A DNA stretch of 63,036 nt, filler included, from Circinaria calcarea (GCA_051942165.1; 5 parts of 5 records of this genome joined end to end with filler, not necessarily neighbours in it), one strand, 5' to 3'; numbered from the whole stretch's first letter, positions 1-12,660 are shown. Translations and numbers: made by a program. The notes: generated from the sequence alone by a model not told the origin.

Positions 1-326
1 GGGGGGGGGGGGGGAGGGGAAGTTATTCAGGACCTTCCAAAACAGCCTGGAAGAAAAGGATTGTAATCTCTACTACTTGAAACCTACAGGAAGGGCGAGC
101 AAGTATTCACAGCACCAAATTTTCCGAGGGTGACAGCCCAAGGGGGATGATTGCATTATAATCTCGATAGGGGGGTTAGCAAGGCATTGGAACTATGGAA
201 ACTTAGAGCCTGAAGGGGAGGGCCTACGGCGGTAAAAGGTCACGAAAGTGAGATCTCTTGAGTCAGTGGCTGGTTGAGTTGGGCATTTTGGGTCTTGGCC
301 ACCCGATTAAGCAAGAAAACACAGCT

Positions 327-2066
327 TTATGCCTTTCGCCTTCGGAACTCTACATATGGCCCATTAAAGAAACTGACAATATGGTCTTTCTGCTGGAATT
401 CGTTTACGTGCTGTTTCCCGTCCACTCCACCGCCAACTTCGCCTTCGGGTCCACTTGGTCTACGGAAGTCCAGATGCCACAGCAAAAGCGCTATCGTGTC
501 ACTCAGCTCCATTATCGCGAGTTGACGTCCAAGACATCCTCGAGGGCCCATTGAGAATGGAGTTAGCGCACTATGCGCCAGCTCGACGCTGTTATCCGCT
601 TCGCCGTGCAACCAACGCTCCGGCTTGAAGTTGAACGGGTCAGGGAAATACGCCGCGTTATGATGAATAGCGTATATGCCGGTCCCAACATCGTAGCCAG
701 CGGGTACAAAGTGACCGTCAACAAATATTCCTCCATTTTCAACTTCTCGCCACAGTGCTCCTCCGGTAGGTGGGGACATGCGAAGAGCTTCGGTAATGCA
801 AGCGTGGAGATAGCGACAAGAAGACATTGCCTGTCCCGAGCGGATATCGGAAGCCTGTACGAAAGTGTCCCGTATTTCCGCGACGAGTCTCTTGTGGCAG
901 GTGGGATAGCGAGTGAGGTAGAAGATGAGCGAAGCTAGCGCGCTTGCCGGAGAGCCAGCGCCTGTGACCATGAGAAATTTGCATTCTGACCAAAGCTCGG
1001 TCAGGGAGAACCCCTGACCGGTTTTTGGATCCTTTGCATCAGATATGAACGAGAAAAGGTCCTGTTTAGAGTCCTTGTTGCATTGTGCTCTCGATTGAGC
1101 AAATTCCCGAGCCAAAGCCAAGAACCTCCAGCCATACCATAACCCTTGGGGATAGAATATCTTCTCTAAGTGATATCTAGTAAGGTCGATCGATTGGATG
1201 TAAGCGCTGTTAAACTTATGCATAGTCGACATTACATCGACCATGTACCGGTTTCGAGGGTGAAGTTGGAGGTCAAAGCTGCGACCAAAGCAGTACTCGC
1301 TCATGATATCGAATATCAAGAATCTGCCTGGTATTGTTTTTTTAGCATTCTCCACCATTATGCATCTTAGCGGTTAACATACAGTAATCTGCAATATTGG
1401 TTGGCTGCGTCCAGCTATTGCTATCTGTTTCAGAGTTGATTAGCATGTTCTCGACGAAAACGTTAGCTTTGCTCAGTAAGGCAGGTTCAAATCGCCGTAA
1501 AATTTCTTCTGAAAGCCCTTGGCGTATGATTTTCCTCTTCCGTTGATTGACGGTTTTATCGAGAGCATTGTGAACGTTCCATGCTCCAGGCCCGGATAGG
1601 AGAGCAAGGTAAGCCTTTGATTTCTTTACATTTGTTGAGTGGTATATCTCTATAGCATTTCAGTGGCTTTCGACAGATAACAGTTAGTGCTTTACCTTGC
1701 AATCCAGTAACGCTATTTGAGAGCAAGCGGTTTGGTCCAAAACGAACGATTTCTCCTATTCAAATATCAGAGTCTGGCCGATAGCACCGATAGCTCCAGC
1801 TTTACCGTATTGCTCATGGGCGCGCAACATTGAAATATGCAAGTCGCCCTTGAAACCATGATAGGCGGCATACCAGTCGCTAATCTTGGCGAGGGTAGGG
1901 CCGGGATACTTTGCCAGAGGATGCCAGGTCAATCGATATACACTGACAATCACAATCTGCCTGGATTAGTGAGAGCTGTTCATATGAAGCTCGAGTGTGG
2001 TGCAACCTTAATAAGTACAAGCGCAACAGCTGCAACGGATAGGAGAGTAAGTGGCAGGGGTAACAT
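327..2066 (-). CDS. Cytochrome P450 (fungal, multi-exon)
   Basis: N-terminal TM anchor MLPLPLTLLSVAAVALVLIK, HPLAKYPGP motif, EALR (ExxR), KPERW and heme motif FSMGPRGCLG. GT-AG introns join ORFs 1756-1953 and 327-1358. Confidence 0.95.
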
Positions 2067-2748
2067 AGGAGCAGAAGCTGGGAATCGTATGATATGAATG
2101 AATAATGGGACTTAAGAAGTAAAGATTAGAATATTGCTTCTCAGAAGGATAAAATACAGTAGCTCATAACCATATACGCTTCAGATAGTTATATATTAAC
2201 ATAGGGATGAATAAAATCCCATTATGACCTTCAACCCTTGGTGGCGGAAAGTTTGTCAGAAGATTCCAGTAAATACGTCATCAGCAGCCTTACCTTTGGT
2301 TTAGCCCAGAGCAAACGTGTCCGGCATTAAGACCTACTTTAATGTTGCTAATTGATTCCAGCAGGACACCTTCGCTGATCCCTCACCTTTTAGTTTCATG
2401 CCGTATGTAGTCCAATCCTCCTATCTCATTGGCCGCTACTGACTACTGGACTAAGCACGGCGAAAGTATTGAGAGTGTGGATGGGCCACACCCGAAGTGA
2501 GGCACGGTACCAACCCAAATCAGCGAAAGAGTCGAGTATCAGCTGAGATAACCGTTGGAACCCAAACTCGAAATCTTAGTTGTGGTGTGAGCCCTGTGCG
2601 TCGAGCTTCAGCATCCGCTAGTCACGCCAGGCCAGGCATCATCCGCACTTACAGACCAGTACACCTTAGCAGTGGCCCAGCTTATAACAGATGCAATTAT
2701 CCTCTTATCTTCACCCAGACTGGCTTCTCGACCCATCTTTCTCCGATC

Positions 2749-3861
2749 ATGGCACAGCCCAGCATTCCCGTTCCACTCTTCGAGGCGCTAAAGCTCCGAA
2801 CCATTGGCCAAGGCAACTATGTCTTCACATTGCCAGGCTCCTTCTGTTTCGGGTCAAGTAGGTGGATCATGCATATCTTTTATTCTAATACTACTGACAG
2901 AAAGGATGGGATAGGGATTTTCGGAGGCCTGCTGATATCCTTCGTCCATCTTGCTGCAAGGGAGTATTTTACGACGACACATAGCAAGCAGGGGCAGCCG
3001 GACGTACTTAGTATGCAGCTTCAGTTCTTCCGTCTAACGTTCCCCTCTGAGGCGAGCATCTCGATCGAGGATATTCATCTTGGAAAGAGCACATCGACGA
3101 TCCAAGTGACTGTCTCGCAAGGTGGCAAGAAATGTCTGGTGGGTTATCTAAAGTAAGCCCAAAGCAGCTTCTTATTCTACGTGGGCTAAAAATCGTTGAC
3201 TAGTATGACCAACTTACAAGCCTCCAAAGGCATCTCCTTTGAGACGAGCTGGACTCTGACCCCCGCACCAATCGAGGCTTCGATCTTAATGCTTGCTGCC
3301 GATATAGATCCCCGCTGGATATCCTATCAGACCCCGTACCACCCGGAGAGTTTCAGGCGGGTGCAATCCTATTTGAAATTCTTTATTCCTTACGAGCCCG
3401 GCGATCTTACCTCGGTGGATCAATGGGTCACCCCCTCGGATCCGCAAACAACTTTTACAAATGAGAATATCGGCTTCGTAGCAGACCTCTCCCTGCCGAT
3501 CCTAGATAATTTCTATCCGAAGGAGGCGACCGGGTGTCACGCGGCAATCGTGGCGGCTGGACTCTTACAGAAAAAAGATCGAGAGAACGATATTATCCGG
3601 GTACCGGACGTTTCATCGGGTTCATACGAGACGCCCGCCATGATTATAACGTTGGCCACTAACATCGAGATCAAGAAGCGGCTGCCTATATGCGGGGTGA
3701 AATGGCTCTTCATGCGGGCGCAAGCGAAGCAGATCAAAAATGGCCGGATGGACATGGAGGTCGTTATTCTCGACGAGAAAATGGATCTCGTGGCTCTGAG
3801 CAGCCAGGTCTTGTCGATTGTGGATTTGAAACGGGTCAAGAAAACCAAACCGACACTGTAG
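2749..3861 (+). CDS. Double hot-dog fold thioesterase-like protein (acyl-CoA thioesterase II / 4HBT_3 type)
   Basis: Motifs FGGLLIS, QPDVLSMQLQF, IEDIHLGKSTSTIQV, NIEIKKRLP..GVKWLF and KNGRMDMEVVILDE. ATG at 2749; introns about 2858-2913 and 3153-3203. Confidence 0.85.
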
Positions 3862-4812
3862 CAAGTCCGTAGTAAGTAGTAGTACAATGGATTTGTAATC
3901 GACGATACTTTTACTACTGTAGACATGGATTGCTTAACCCACCACGCCCTTTAACTCCGTCGTTGAGACCAATTTAATCTCGGTACGCTAAAATGACTGC
4001 AGGCGAGCAGTACTCGATGCGCGGAAACGGGGCTTTTTCATGCCAATCAAAATTCCAAGGCTCCCACGCCGCCTTTGAGGCCCACCAGCTCGTGCATAGC
4101 ACCGAGAGAAAAGGCAACCCGTGGCACACTCCCATTAAGCCAAAAGGCTGATCAGCGGGAAACGATTTACACTTCCCCATTATAACCCGCATGCCGCTTG
4201 CGCACAATGCTCTCTACAACACCGAGTCCATCTTACCCAATGATGTTTAAAAATAGGTGGGCGGGGGGCCACGGAGGAATGCGGCACATAAGGCTCTAGG
4301 TGATCAGCTCCGGTCGACCCTAGCGTTGATGTACGGACGGAGATATCAAAGCGCTGGCATAAATCAACGCTCGTGCATCTGCAGCTTGGAGTACACTAAC
4401 GACGTGGTATTAATTGCATATGGTACGGCCCGGGGGGAATTTAATTCAGCCGCATATTGATGACGACATGGAAGGGGATTATTTCTCCGCTCGGCCGGTA
4501 TTAGGGTTATTACAATCCGATACTGAAATCATGAAATATTTTATAACATAAATTATTATAGGCTAGAGAAAAAGATTAAAAGTTATTCCGTAAATGATAA
4601 AGTGAACCTGCTCTCTTAATAGTATAGACGCAATTATGAGTTATTATATAAATTGAAAATATTTTCCCCCCCCTTTTAAAGAAAATTTAAACCAGGTGTG
4701 CTTAATGTCTAATTTCAATTTTTGCATGCCATAGATTCTGAGTAGTTACGTAGCGCTATATAATATTCAACTTCCCCTTTAGAATAGCGTGTGGCGCTGC
4801 AAGTAATATATT

Positions 4813-6239
4813 TTACCATGGTTTTAAAAACCATCCCTTTTTGGCCATGTTCATCTCGGGCGGAGGCGAAGGCCCCCTTCTGTACCACAAGGCGCGGTCT
4901 GTTGGGTCAGCCGCGCTATCCGACTCGACCCATTGACATTGAGTAAAAGACTCCCAGAGGCTAGGTAAGAATCTTCGCGTTTTGTCGGCATGGTACGTAT
5001 CTCCCATGAGCGGGATGATAGCCCTTGTGGCCTCTTCCGCATGGTAGAAAGGTATCCGTCTGCTCACAGGGTATATTAAATTCCGCAAGCCGGTTACGCA
5101 GGTGGAGGGTTTGGAGAAGAGGAAAACTTACGAGAAGAGATGATGAATCACGTGGAACTCGATGATGCCATGGAAAAAATATTTCCCGATGAATCCAAAT
5201 TCGCGGTCCATGGTTGCTGTTGCGCCTTTTATAAACGTCCAGGCTTCAGGTTCGAATTTGGGCAACTTCGGGTGTGTATGATGTAAATAGGTAATGGCTA
5301 CAATCCAGTGATTGACCCATAAGTACGGTTGCAAATAGAGGAGAAGAACCATGGAGGAACCGAGCCGCGAAGCCGCAAAACAGAGCAGTAAAATCATGGC
5401 CAAAAGACCAAAATCGGAGATCAGAATAAGATGGGCCTCTTCTCGTCTGAACAACGAGCCCATGGGGGCAAAGTGACTGTTACCCAGCCATTTCATCGAA
5501 GGGTTGGTTGGCAAGCTAGTAGGGGCAGCGGTGATGTTATTCATCAAATACCATGGCCACCCGATAAGTTGCTGCATGATAATACGTAAAAGTGTTACCG
5601 CTGGAGCGTCCTCTGTGAGGTTCTCCACGCCTTGAACTTGAGACCAGAAAGCTCTCAAGTACTCTGAACGTTTCGGTGGAACAAAGTTATGGTCCAGTTT
5701 CATATTATTAGCGTATATGTGATGCCGTCGATGGGTAGATTGCCAGGAGAAGTACGGCGTCATCAAAGCAGTGTGCAACACGAAGCCTACGATATCATTT
5801 GCAAGCTTGGAGGGTAAAAAGGCCCCGTGTCCGGACTCGTGGCCGAGTACCTAGTAGTAGTGTAAGTGACACATCATATAAAATACTGTGATGGTTGATA
5901 CCCATAACCCCGTAAATACCAATCCGTCAAACCATCCATAGAAACCCCATGCGGAGTATCGCAATAGTGAGTTTTCGATTTGAGGAATGTAGCGATGAGC
6001 GATTATCATAGATAAAACCGCCAGAGTGATATCTTGAAAGAGATAACGAAGGGATTTTCTGTAAAAGGACTCAAAGCAATAAGTAGGTATAGCACTCCGC
6101 AATTCTTGGATGCGGATTTTGGGTGAGACCCGCTTCTAACGTCAGCTTCTTAGTGCATATAAACGGTTGAATAATTAAAATATTCGCATACCCCTGGGGT
6201 AACCAGTTCTGCTGGATGAGAATCATAGTCAATAGGCAT
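4813..6239 (-). CDS. Membrane fatty-acid desaturase, delta-12/omega-3 (FAD2-like) family
   Basis: Three His boxes HESGH, HRRHH and HVIHH, plus ELRSAIP, WVNHWIVAITYLHHT and IPFYHAEEAT. Four exons; start MPIDYDSH inferred from the splice signals. Confidence 0.93.
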
Positions 6240-7367
6240 TGTAAACTGAGGGGGGAATTCAAAGGGTGTATGATATTAGCGGTTTATAATCCTAATAAGC
6301 AAGCTTGATCGTAAATTAAAAAGCATGTTCCGTGGCAGTAAAGTAGAGTCTATTGTACGGCAAAGAGTTGATATAGCTGACCTCACCTGTTCATTCTCTC
6401 TGATGTGTGTGTGGGCAGCTTTGAAATGGTGCCGTATTACCGCAGAAAATGCCTTGAAAAGCCATGACACGAATACGTGGCACAAGCTGTGTGCCTTGCT
6501 CCCACGGCTGACAATCTCATAATTGCTGATCGTTGATGTAATAGAAGTCGACATACGCCTAATTGCACAAAGAATATGTCAAGGACCAATGGCCTATAAG
6601 GCGTAGTGATAACAAGGAAACCGGATCCGAACTCGCATTACCTTAGCATATGCATAAGGAACGGCCCGGAAGGTCCCTTCCCGTTCAGATCATCCTCCCA
6701 CGACATGATTCAAAGCTACCTTAGCTTACTACTTGCTGTGCCTCATCGCCACTGCCTTATTCGAGCACCGAGAGCTGCCGCCTGAAATGCATTTGAAGAG
6801 GCATGGGTAGGTGAAAGGCTATGGGTTGGTTTCGGAGATTAGTTCCATTAGCAGTCATGCACACTAAGCGTTTTTACTTCCGTAGCCTTTTATCGAGGCA
6901 CTGCACACCATGTGCAATAATTTCCGCAATAAACTCCGAAAGGTAGGATTCTGGTCTCTACACCCTTTCAACAACCCTAACTAGTCTGGGCTTTTTCTTT
7001 TGGCCCACTCTTTTCATCCTTTACTCACGCCCTTTACCATAACCTAATCTTCTAAATTCTCTATTCACCGCCCCCCTTGTTTCTTTGCTACAGTGAGGGT
7101 GTTCTTTCGAATAACCTTGAGTTTTGCACCAGCAGGAATACAGCTCCTATGCTGTGGCTGACAGTTATGAGACACAAAAATACCGTATACTTAAGGGACT
7201 ACTTTCGGTAACCAGTTTGATTTGTCCGTCAATTTTAAACCACTACCCCTATTTGATGCCGGAGGTTTAAACTTAAAAAGGAAAACCTTTGAGAATCTTG
7301 CTTGTGAAAGATATTCGCATCATGTTTAAGTCTGCTTCAGCCAATGTCTGAATGCGGCTTTGACCTT

Positions 7368-8627
7368 TTACACGCTTTCAATCTGGGAGCCCAGGCTGAA
7401 TTCATGTTGAACATGAATCTTTCCGGGAATCTCGGGCTTCATGCTATAGTACTCTCCCTGCCCTGCAAAAGCCTCTGAACTATTACCTTGTGCATTCGTC
7501 GCAGGAAGGACTGATATGCGACCTGTACGAAATCGTGGGTTTCGAGAGTCACTGTGCGGATGCATTTGGGTTCCCTGATGTTGCTTATCAAATATGGCAT
7601 AACTTCTGGGATTCCACACCCAGGAGTAGAACAAGGAGAGCTGTTTGTTGTGGACGATGCGGACGAGGATTGGGCGGTATGTTAGGAGGCAAGCGGAGAT
7701 GAGATACATGCTTGACTCGATTAAAACCCAAAGAATTAACGGGGCCGCAAACCAAGTCCCGTCACTTGCGAACTTGTTCACAAAAAATTGAACGAATCGA
7801 ATAATTGATGTAATCAACCCTCTGCAGCAGGTCAATAAGTATTCCTTCTTAACGAGCTGGTTCTTCACTCACATGCCTGCTACCATAAACGTCATCACCA
7901 GGCCTATCTTTACGTGTCGTGCAACATGAAGGTTCCACACAACTGGAATTGGCAATATAATCATGGCAACATCTGTTATGATGTTCGGAAGACTAGCGTA
8001 TATAAAATGGACCTGGATATTGTTGCATTGGCCCCCTACCATTTTTGGGTTCCAAGCTTTGGATACAGGATTGCACTGAAAGGCGGTCGTAAATATATTA
8101 ACAATGGCAGCTATGCCCAGGATAGCAGTAAGCGTCCAACAGCAGACCCTCGAGAATCTATCCGTGAAGATGCGGAGGTAGAGAACCAAAATTGACAATT
8201 TCGGAAATGTCACTGCCGCTTGGTATATAATTGGCACAGCGTAAAAGCCATTCTTTCCCCAGCTTGGAATTTCTTCGGGCGAAGATAAGAGAATTCTTTG
8301 AATGTGATAGCCAACTCCCCACCTAATCGAGACTGGAGCGGCGATTAGTGGTAGAACGCTTTGAACTCCCTCCGAGTAAGAGCAGAAAGAAGGAGAGCAC
8401 TACTACTTACGAAGCCCGTCGATAGCTAGTCCTACCGTACAGATCCACGCCAGAATGATGAGATAGTCATCCCATCCAAATGGTGCTTTTTGATAGCGGC
8501 GAGACAAGAAACGAAGGACCACACATAAGGTATCAAGTACGATGAAGATGATACAAGTTATTCGAAGCTGATCTCCATTGAATTCGTCAAGATAGGCCTG
8601 GGTAGGCTCTGGCTCGGTGAGAGACAT
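7368..8627 (-). CDS. PTH11/SAT4-like (fungal rhodopsin-domain) integral membrane protein, no CFEM domain
   Basis: LRFLSRR..FGWDDYLI, KLSILVLYLRIF, FQCNPVSKAW, NIITDVAMIILPIPVVWNL and E..MYLISACL; three exons. Confidence 0.88.
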
Positions 8628-9149
8628 TGCGTTTATAGCAGTGAACAAGGCGAGGAAAATTATTTGCAGTATCAGGTGTCTTCAATACTTGGAAAAATAG
8701 ATTTGGCTGAAATAATAATATATTTACCTTATCGTGTAGTCAGTGGAAACTAGCGTATGGTTGGTGAAATACGTATGCAGCCATGTTGCTGATGATGAGC
8801 AAGTTTCTGCATCGGCTTGTCCATTGCGGCAATGTTCCGTGTAACCCTTACTAATGCTTAGGCAACATCTGCATCTGCGCCGCATGCACTTCGGCTTGCA
8901 GGAATAGCTCTGATGGAACAACCACACCACAGACTCCGAACATGTGTCAAAAGTAAAAGCACGATTGCGGCGTTTCTGGGGGCTGACCTGACCAGGAGTT
9001 TTCCTGATCTGCCTAAGTGATTAACCTTTTGGGCTTCACCCTACTTACGCACATTTTCTTTGAATCTGGTAAATGTTTGCCCAACGAGAAAAATACCTGC
9101 AATTACGAAGCCAAAGTTTTATCGTTGCTATTTTGGTTGGGATGATAAA

Positions 9150-10926
9150 ATGCCAACTCTTCAGTTCTCAGAAGGCCCCGAGCCTCCGAAGCCTTTACCC
9201 CATCGGAAGCAGCTCTTGAACCACATGGTCGATGGTATGGCGCAAGTGCGGCCAGAGTCGGTATGGGCAAAAATACCCTGGGACGATCTGAGCTACAATG
9301 CAGGATATCGCAAGATAACTTACAGACTATTCGCAAACGCGGTCAATGGGGTAGCATGGTGGCTCCTCCGAGAACTAGGACAATCAGAACGTTTCGATAC
9401 GTTGGCGTACTTTGGCACTTGGGATCCGCGATATATCATCTTACTTCTTGGCGCAGTAAAAGTTGGGTACAAAGTGGGTTATGGGAACCCCTCTCGCATT
9501 GTCAGTGGCCTCGACTGATGCTTATCAAGATGGTCTTTCCCTCCTCCAACTACGGATTTGTTGGTCTCGTCAGCTTGTTGGATGGCCTGAACTGCACAAC
9601 TGTTTTGACAGCCTCAAAAGAACTTCCCTCTATTGGTCGACTTCTGAAGGAGAGTCGATTGGCTGTGCATGAAATCCCAAGTCTGAGAGAGCTGCTGGAC
9701 AAAAATTATCCGCACTTCCCGTTTGACAAAACATTCCAGGCTGCACGGTTAGAGCCACTGGTAGTTGTGCATACATCTGGGTCCACTGGATTTCCTAAAC
9801 CTCTAATATATACTCATGACTGGGCTGCAAGCTGGATCCAACAGAACCAGTGGCAGCCCCCAGAAGGATATATGAGCGTGGAGCATTTGTGCCATGGTAT
9901 TGAGGTGTGTGCTATAGTGCCGCCAAATCATGTTAGTCTTACTCGTTTCGAATGCTAGAGATTTACAGTTCTACTACGCTAACAGAATAACAGGGCAGTG
10001 GCTTCTTTCCAAATCTTTTCGGGGCAGTAGCCAATCAGATGGTTGTGTTGTATCCTCTCCCTGATGCTCCACTGACACTTGGCACAACAATGGCAATGGT
10101 TGAGCAGAACAATCCTGATCTGCTTATCTCTCCACCACATGTGTTAGACGGCCTCGCGTTGGATCCTAAGCTACTCCAAGAAGTATCTTCCAAAGTTACC
10201 ATGATTGGCTTCGGAGGTGGACCGCTTTCAAAAGAGACAGGCAGAATTCTTTCGCAGTATTTTCGGCTATTCAGCATATATGGAACAAGCGAGATGGGCA
10301 TAGTTCATAAAATTGTTCCAAACGGTGTCTGGGATAATCAAGGCTGGAACAGCGTCCAAGCGCATCCAAAAGACAATATTGAATTCCGTCAGCTTCAGAG
10401 CAGTGATTACGAAGCTGTCCTGCTACGTAACCCAGAATTCGAAGAAGAACAGCCGGTCTTCAAATTGTTCCCTGAAGTAAGAGAATGGTCGACTAAGGAT
10501 ATCTTTTCTCCGGATACCAATCGAGAGGGATTCTGGATTTATCAGGGCAGAGTCGACGATCTTATCATACTCAACAATGGAATGACGGTAAATCCAGTGG
10601 GATATGAGCAGAAGATCTCAAGTAGCCCCTTGGTCGCGGGAGCATTTATGCATGGCACAGGAAGGCCTCAAGTAGCCCTGGTTATTGAGTTGCTTGCACC
10701 ACAAGAATCTCTTAACCTTAAGAATGAAAGCTTCGCTGAGCGGCTATGGCCAGCGATAAGTGAGTGTAATGAGCTGTTCCCTCCGCAGGCCTCAGTGGAC
10801 AAGTCGCACATTATCTTTACACCACCTGGCAAGCCTTTGCCACGATCGGGTAAAGGGACTGTGCAACGTGCTCCTGCGATGGAACTCTTTAGCGAAGAGC
10901 TCAACGCGCTCTACGAATACATATAG
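9150..10926 (+). CDS. Stand-alone adenylation (AMP-binding) enzyme of the NRPS-like/carboxylic-acid-reductase A-domain type
   Basis: A3 HTSGSTGFPKP, A5 YGTSE, A8 GRVDD and A10 PRSGKGTVQR. Introns about 9474-9529 and 9932-9992. Stop codon directly after the A domain. Confidence 0.9.
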
Positions 10927-11439
10927 ATAGAGATAGATTGAGTAAGTATCATGAACTTGCCAAATCCTAGTGTTTGCGTTTTTGTGCAGGCCAGGGTAAT
11001 CAAGTACTTTATAAACAATACCACGGTATGTATCTGAACATAAGCTCTGAACCAAACTGTCTGCTACTTGATATGCTCAATAATTATTCTGGTAGCTTCA
11101 TCTGCGTACTATGGTAAGCCGGTGTTTTCTTTCGACTCAACTATTTTGGTGAAATTGATTCGTCCGGAACGTAAGGAGATCTGAAAACCTTATAATATCT
11201 CGACGACCTTTGCTAGCCTACTCGGTACAGTAGCGCCCTTTGGCCTTCTTAAGGTACTTGTGAAATTGCCTCCCTCGTTATGAAAATAAATACACTTGGC
11301 AAGACCTCGGTGGAAATACGAAAGTTAAATAAATATCCAAAACGGAAGTCTGGGAAAAGCGTATAAAGTTCTTTTATTAATTATAACCGAAGTAACAAGC
11401 AGGTATGTACGAGAAAGAATAATTTTATACCGTTAACAC

Positions 11440-11644
11440 TGTCAGGCTCTATGGTTAGGGAGTGGCGATACCTCGCTTAGTTGGCGTCTTGGCGTATAGT
11501 GAAAACCTTTCACTCGCACATTACTTCTCCAGTAATGATTAGTTCTCGCATATACTGCGTATAGCCATCGTATTACTCGTGCCTCACATTACCACATACC
11601 TTAGCTTTAGATACTTTTCAAGTAAAGTACTCTACGGCCTCACA
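11440..11644 (+). mobile_element. Solo-LTR-like dispersed repeat (copy 1)
   Basis: 205 bp with termini TGTCAGGC...GCCTCACA (imperfect inverted, TG..CA). Clearly homologous to 38554-38755. Confidence 0.6.
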
Positions 11645-12560
11645 TCCAACTTGCCCCCTTTTTTCCTTTTTTTTTTCTTTTGGGGTTTCCTAAATCTAAG
11701 TTCTAAAGGGTCTATCTACTACATACGCATGGGATTCGTCGGGTCGTTAATTCACTCCCGCTCCCCGTTCCCGCGTCCTCCGTCTCCCCAGGCATCTTTT
11801 CTCTCTCTCTCTCTCTCCTCTCCGTGTGCCTGCCCACCTCCTTTCTTTTTCCGGAGACGTAATCTAGAATTAAATTGCCCCCCCGGCGGAAACGGGGGGT
11901 AGTTGAAAAGGGCGGCGTGGGAAGTTAAAAATACTCCTATATCCTAGGGAGGATACGTGTCGAGTCGGTAATATATATGGTAGCATGTATTTGTTACCTA
12001 CCTGAGTGTATAACCAAGTTAAAAACTACTTATGCCATGAAAAAAGTGCTTTTTTATTGGGGGGTATGTGTGTGTGTGGGGAGAGAGAGTAGTGTAGTGT
12101 AGAGAGCAATGGACCAACTGCAAAACGCCGTAGGTAACAAACACGGTGATTCGGTAAAGCCCCCCTATGAACTTTCCAACAAAATACGTAGGGGGGCATA
12201 AACATAATAGGAGGAGTAGCGTAAGACTCCGTGAGCGTACTCCGGGGGACGAGTGGTAAATAATGGGTTCCAACCGTATCAGGATGGGAAAAAAATCCTC
12301 CTTCCCCTTTCTTCTCCCCACAAAAAAATAAAAAAAACTCCTTCAAGACCAAATCCCAAGCTTTCGAATACAGACACGCTAAAAAGAGGGAGGCGAAGCG
12401 AGCGAGGAGAACGGGGGGATCCGCCGGAAAAAAAACCCCCCTTTTTCTCTTGGGGGGGGGTTTGTGGTGTCCAGACTTCAAAGGATTTCCCCGGGGAGGG
12501 GATTGGAGAGGAAAGGAAAGTAGGTGCCCGGCAAGGATTTAGAGTGGTAGGGTGTGGGGG

Positions 12561-12660
12561 NNNNNNNNNNNNNNNNNNNNNNNNNNNNNNNNNNNNNNNN
12601 NNNNTTAATTAATTAANNNNNNNNNNNNNNNNNNNNNNNNNNNNNNNNNNNNNNNNNNNN
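12561..12660. other. Artificial contig linker
   Basis: N44-TTAATTAATTAA-N44, which places stop codons in all six frames. Confidence 0.98.

Noticed and set aside
11440..11644. tRNA-Pro-like gene or SINE (CTCGCTTAG, TTCAAGT)
   Set aside because: No acceptor stem and no G53-C61 T-arm; the TG..CA inverted termini fit an LTR better.
11650..12560. ORFs in homopolymer-rich contig-end sequence, and antisense shadow ORFs of real genes throughout
   Set aside because: Products of low-complexity sequence or of the opposite strand of genuine CDSs.
12605..12616. TTAATTAATTAA as a biological palindrome or regulatory site
   Set aside because: Identical in all four N-gaps; it is an assembly spacer.
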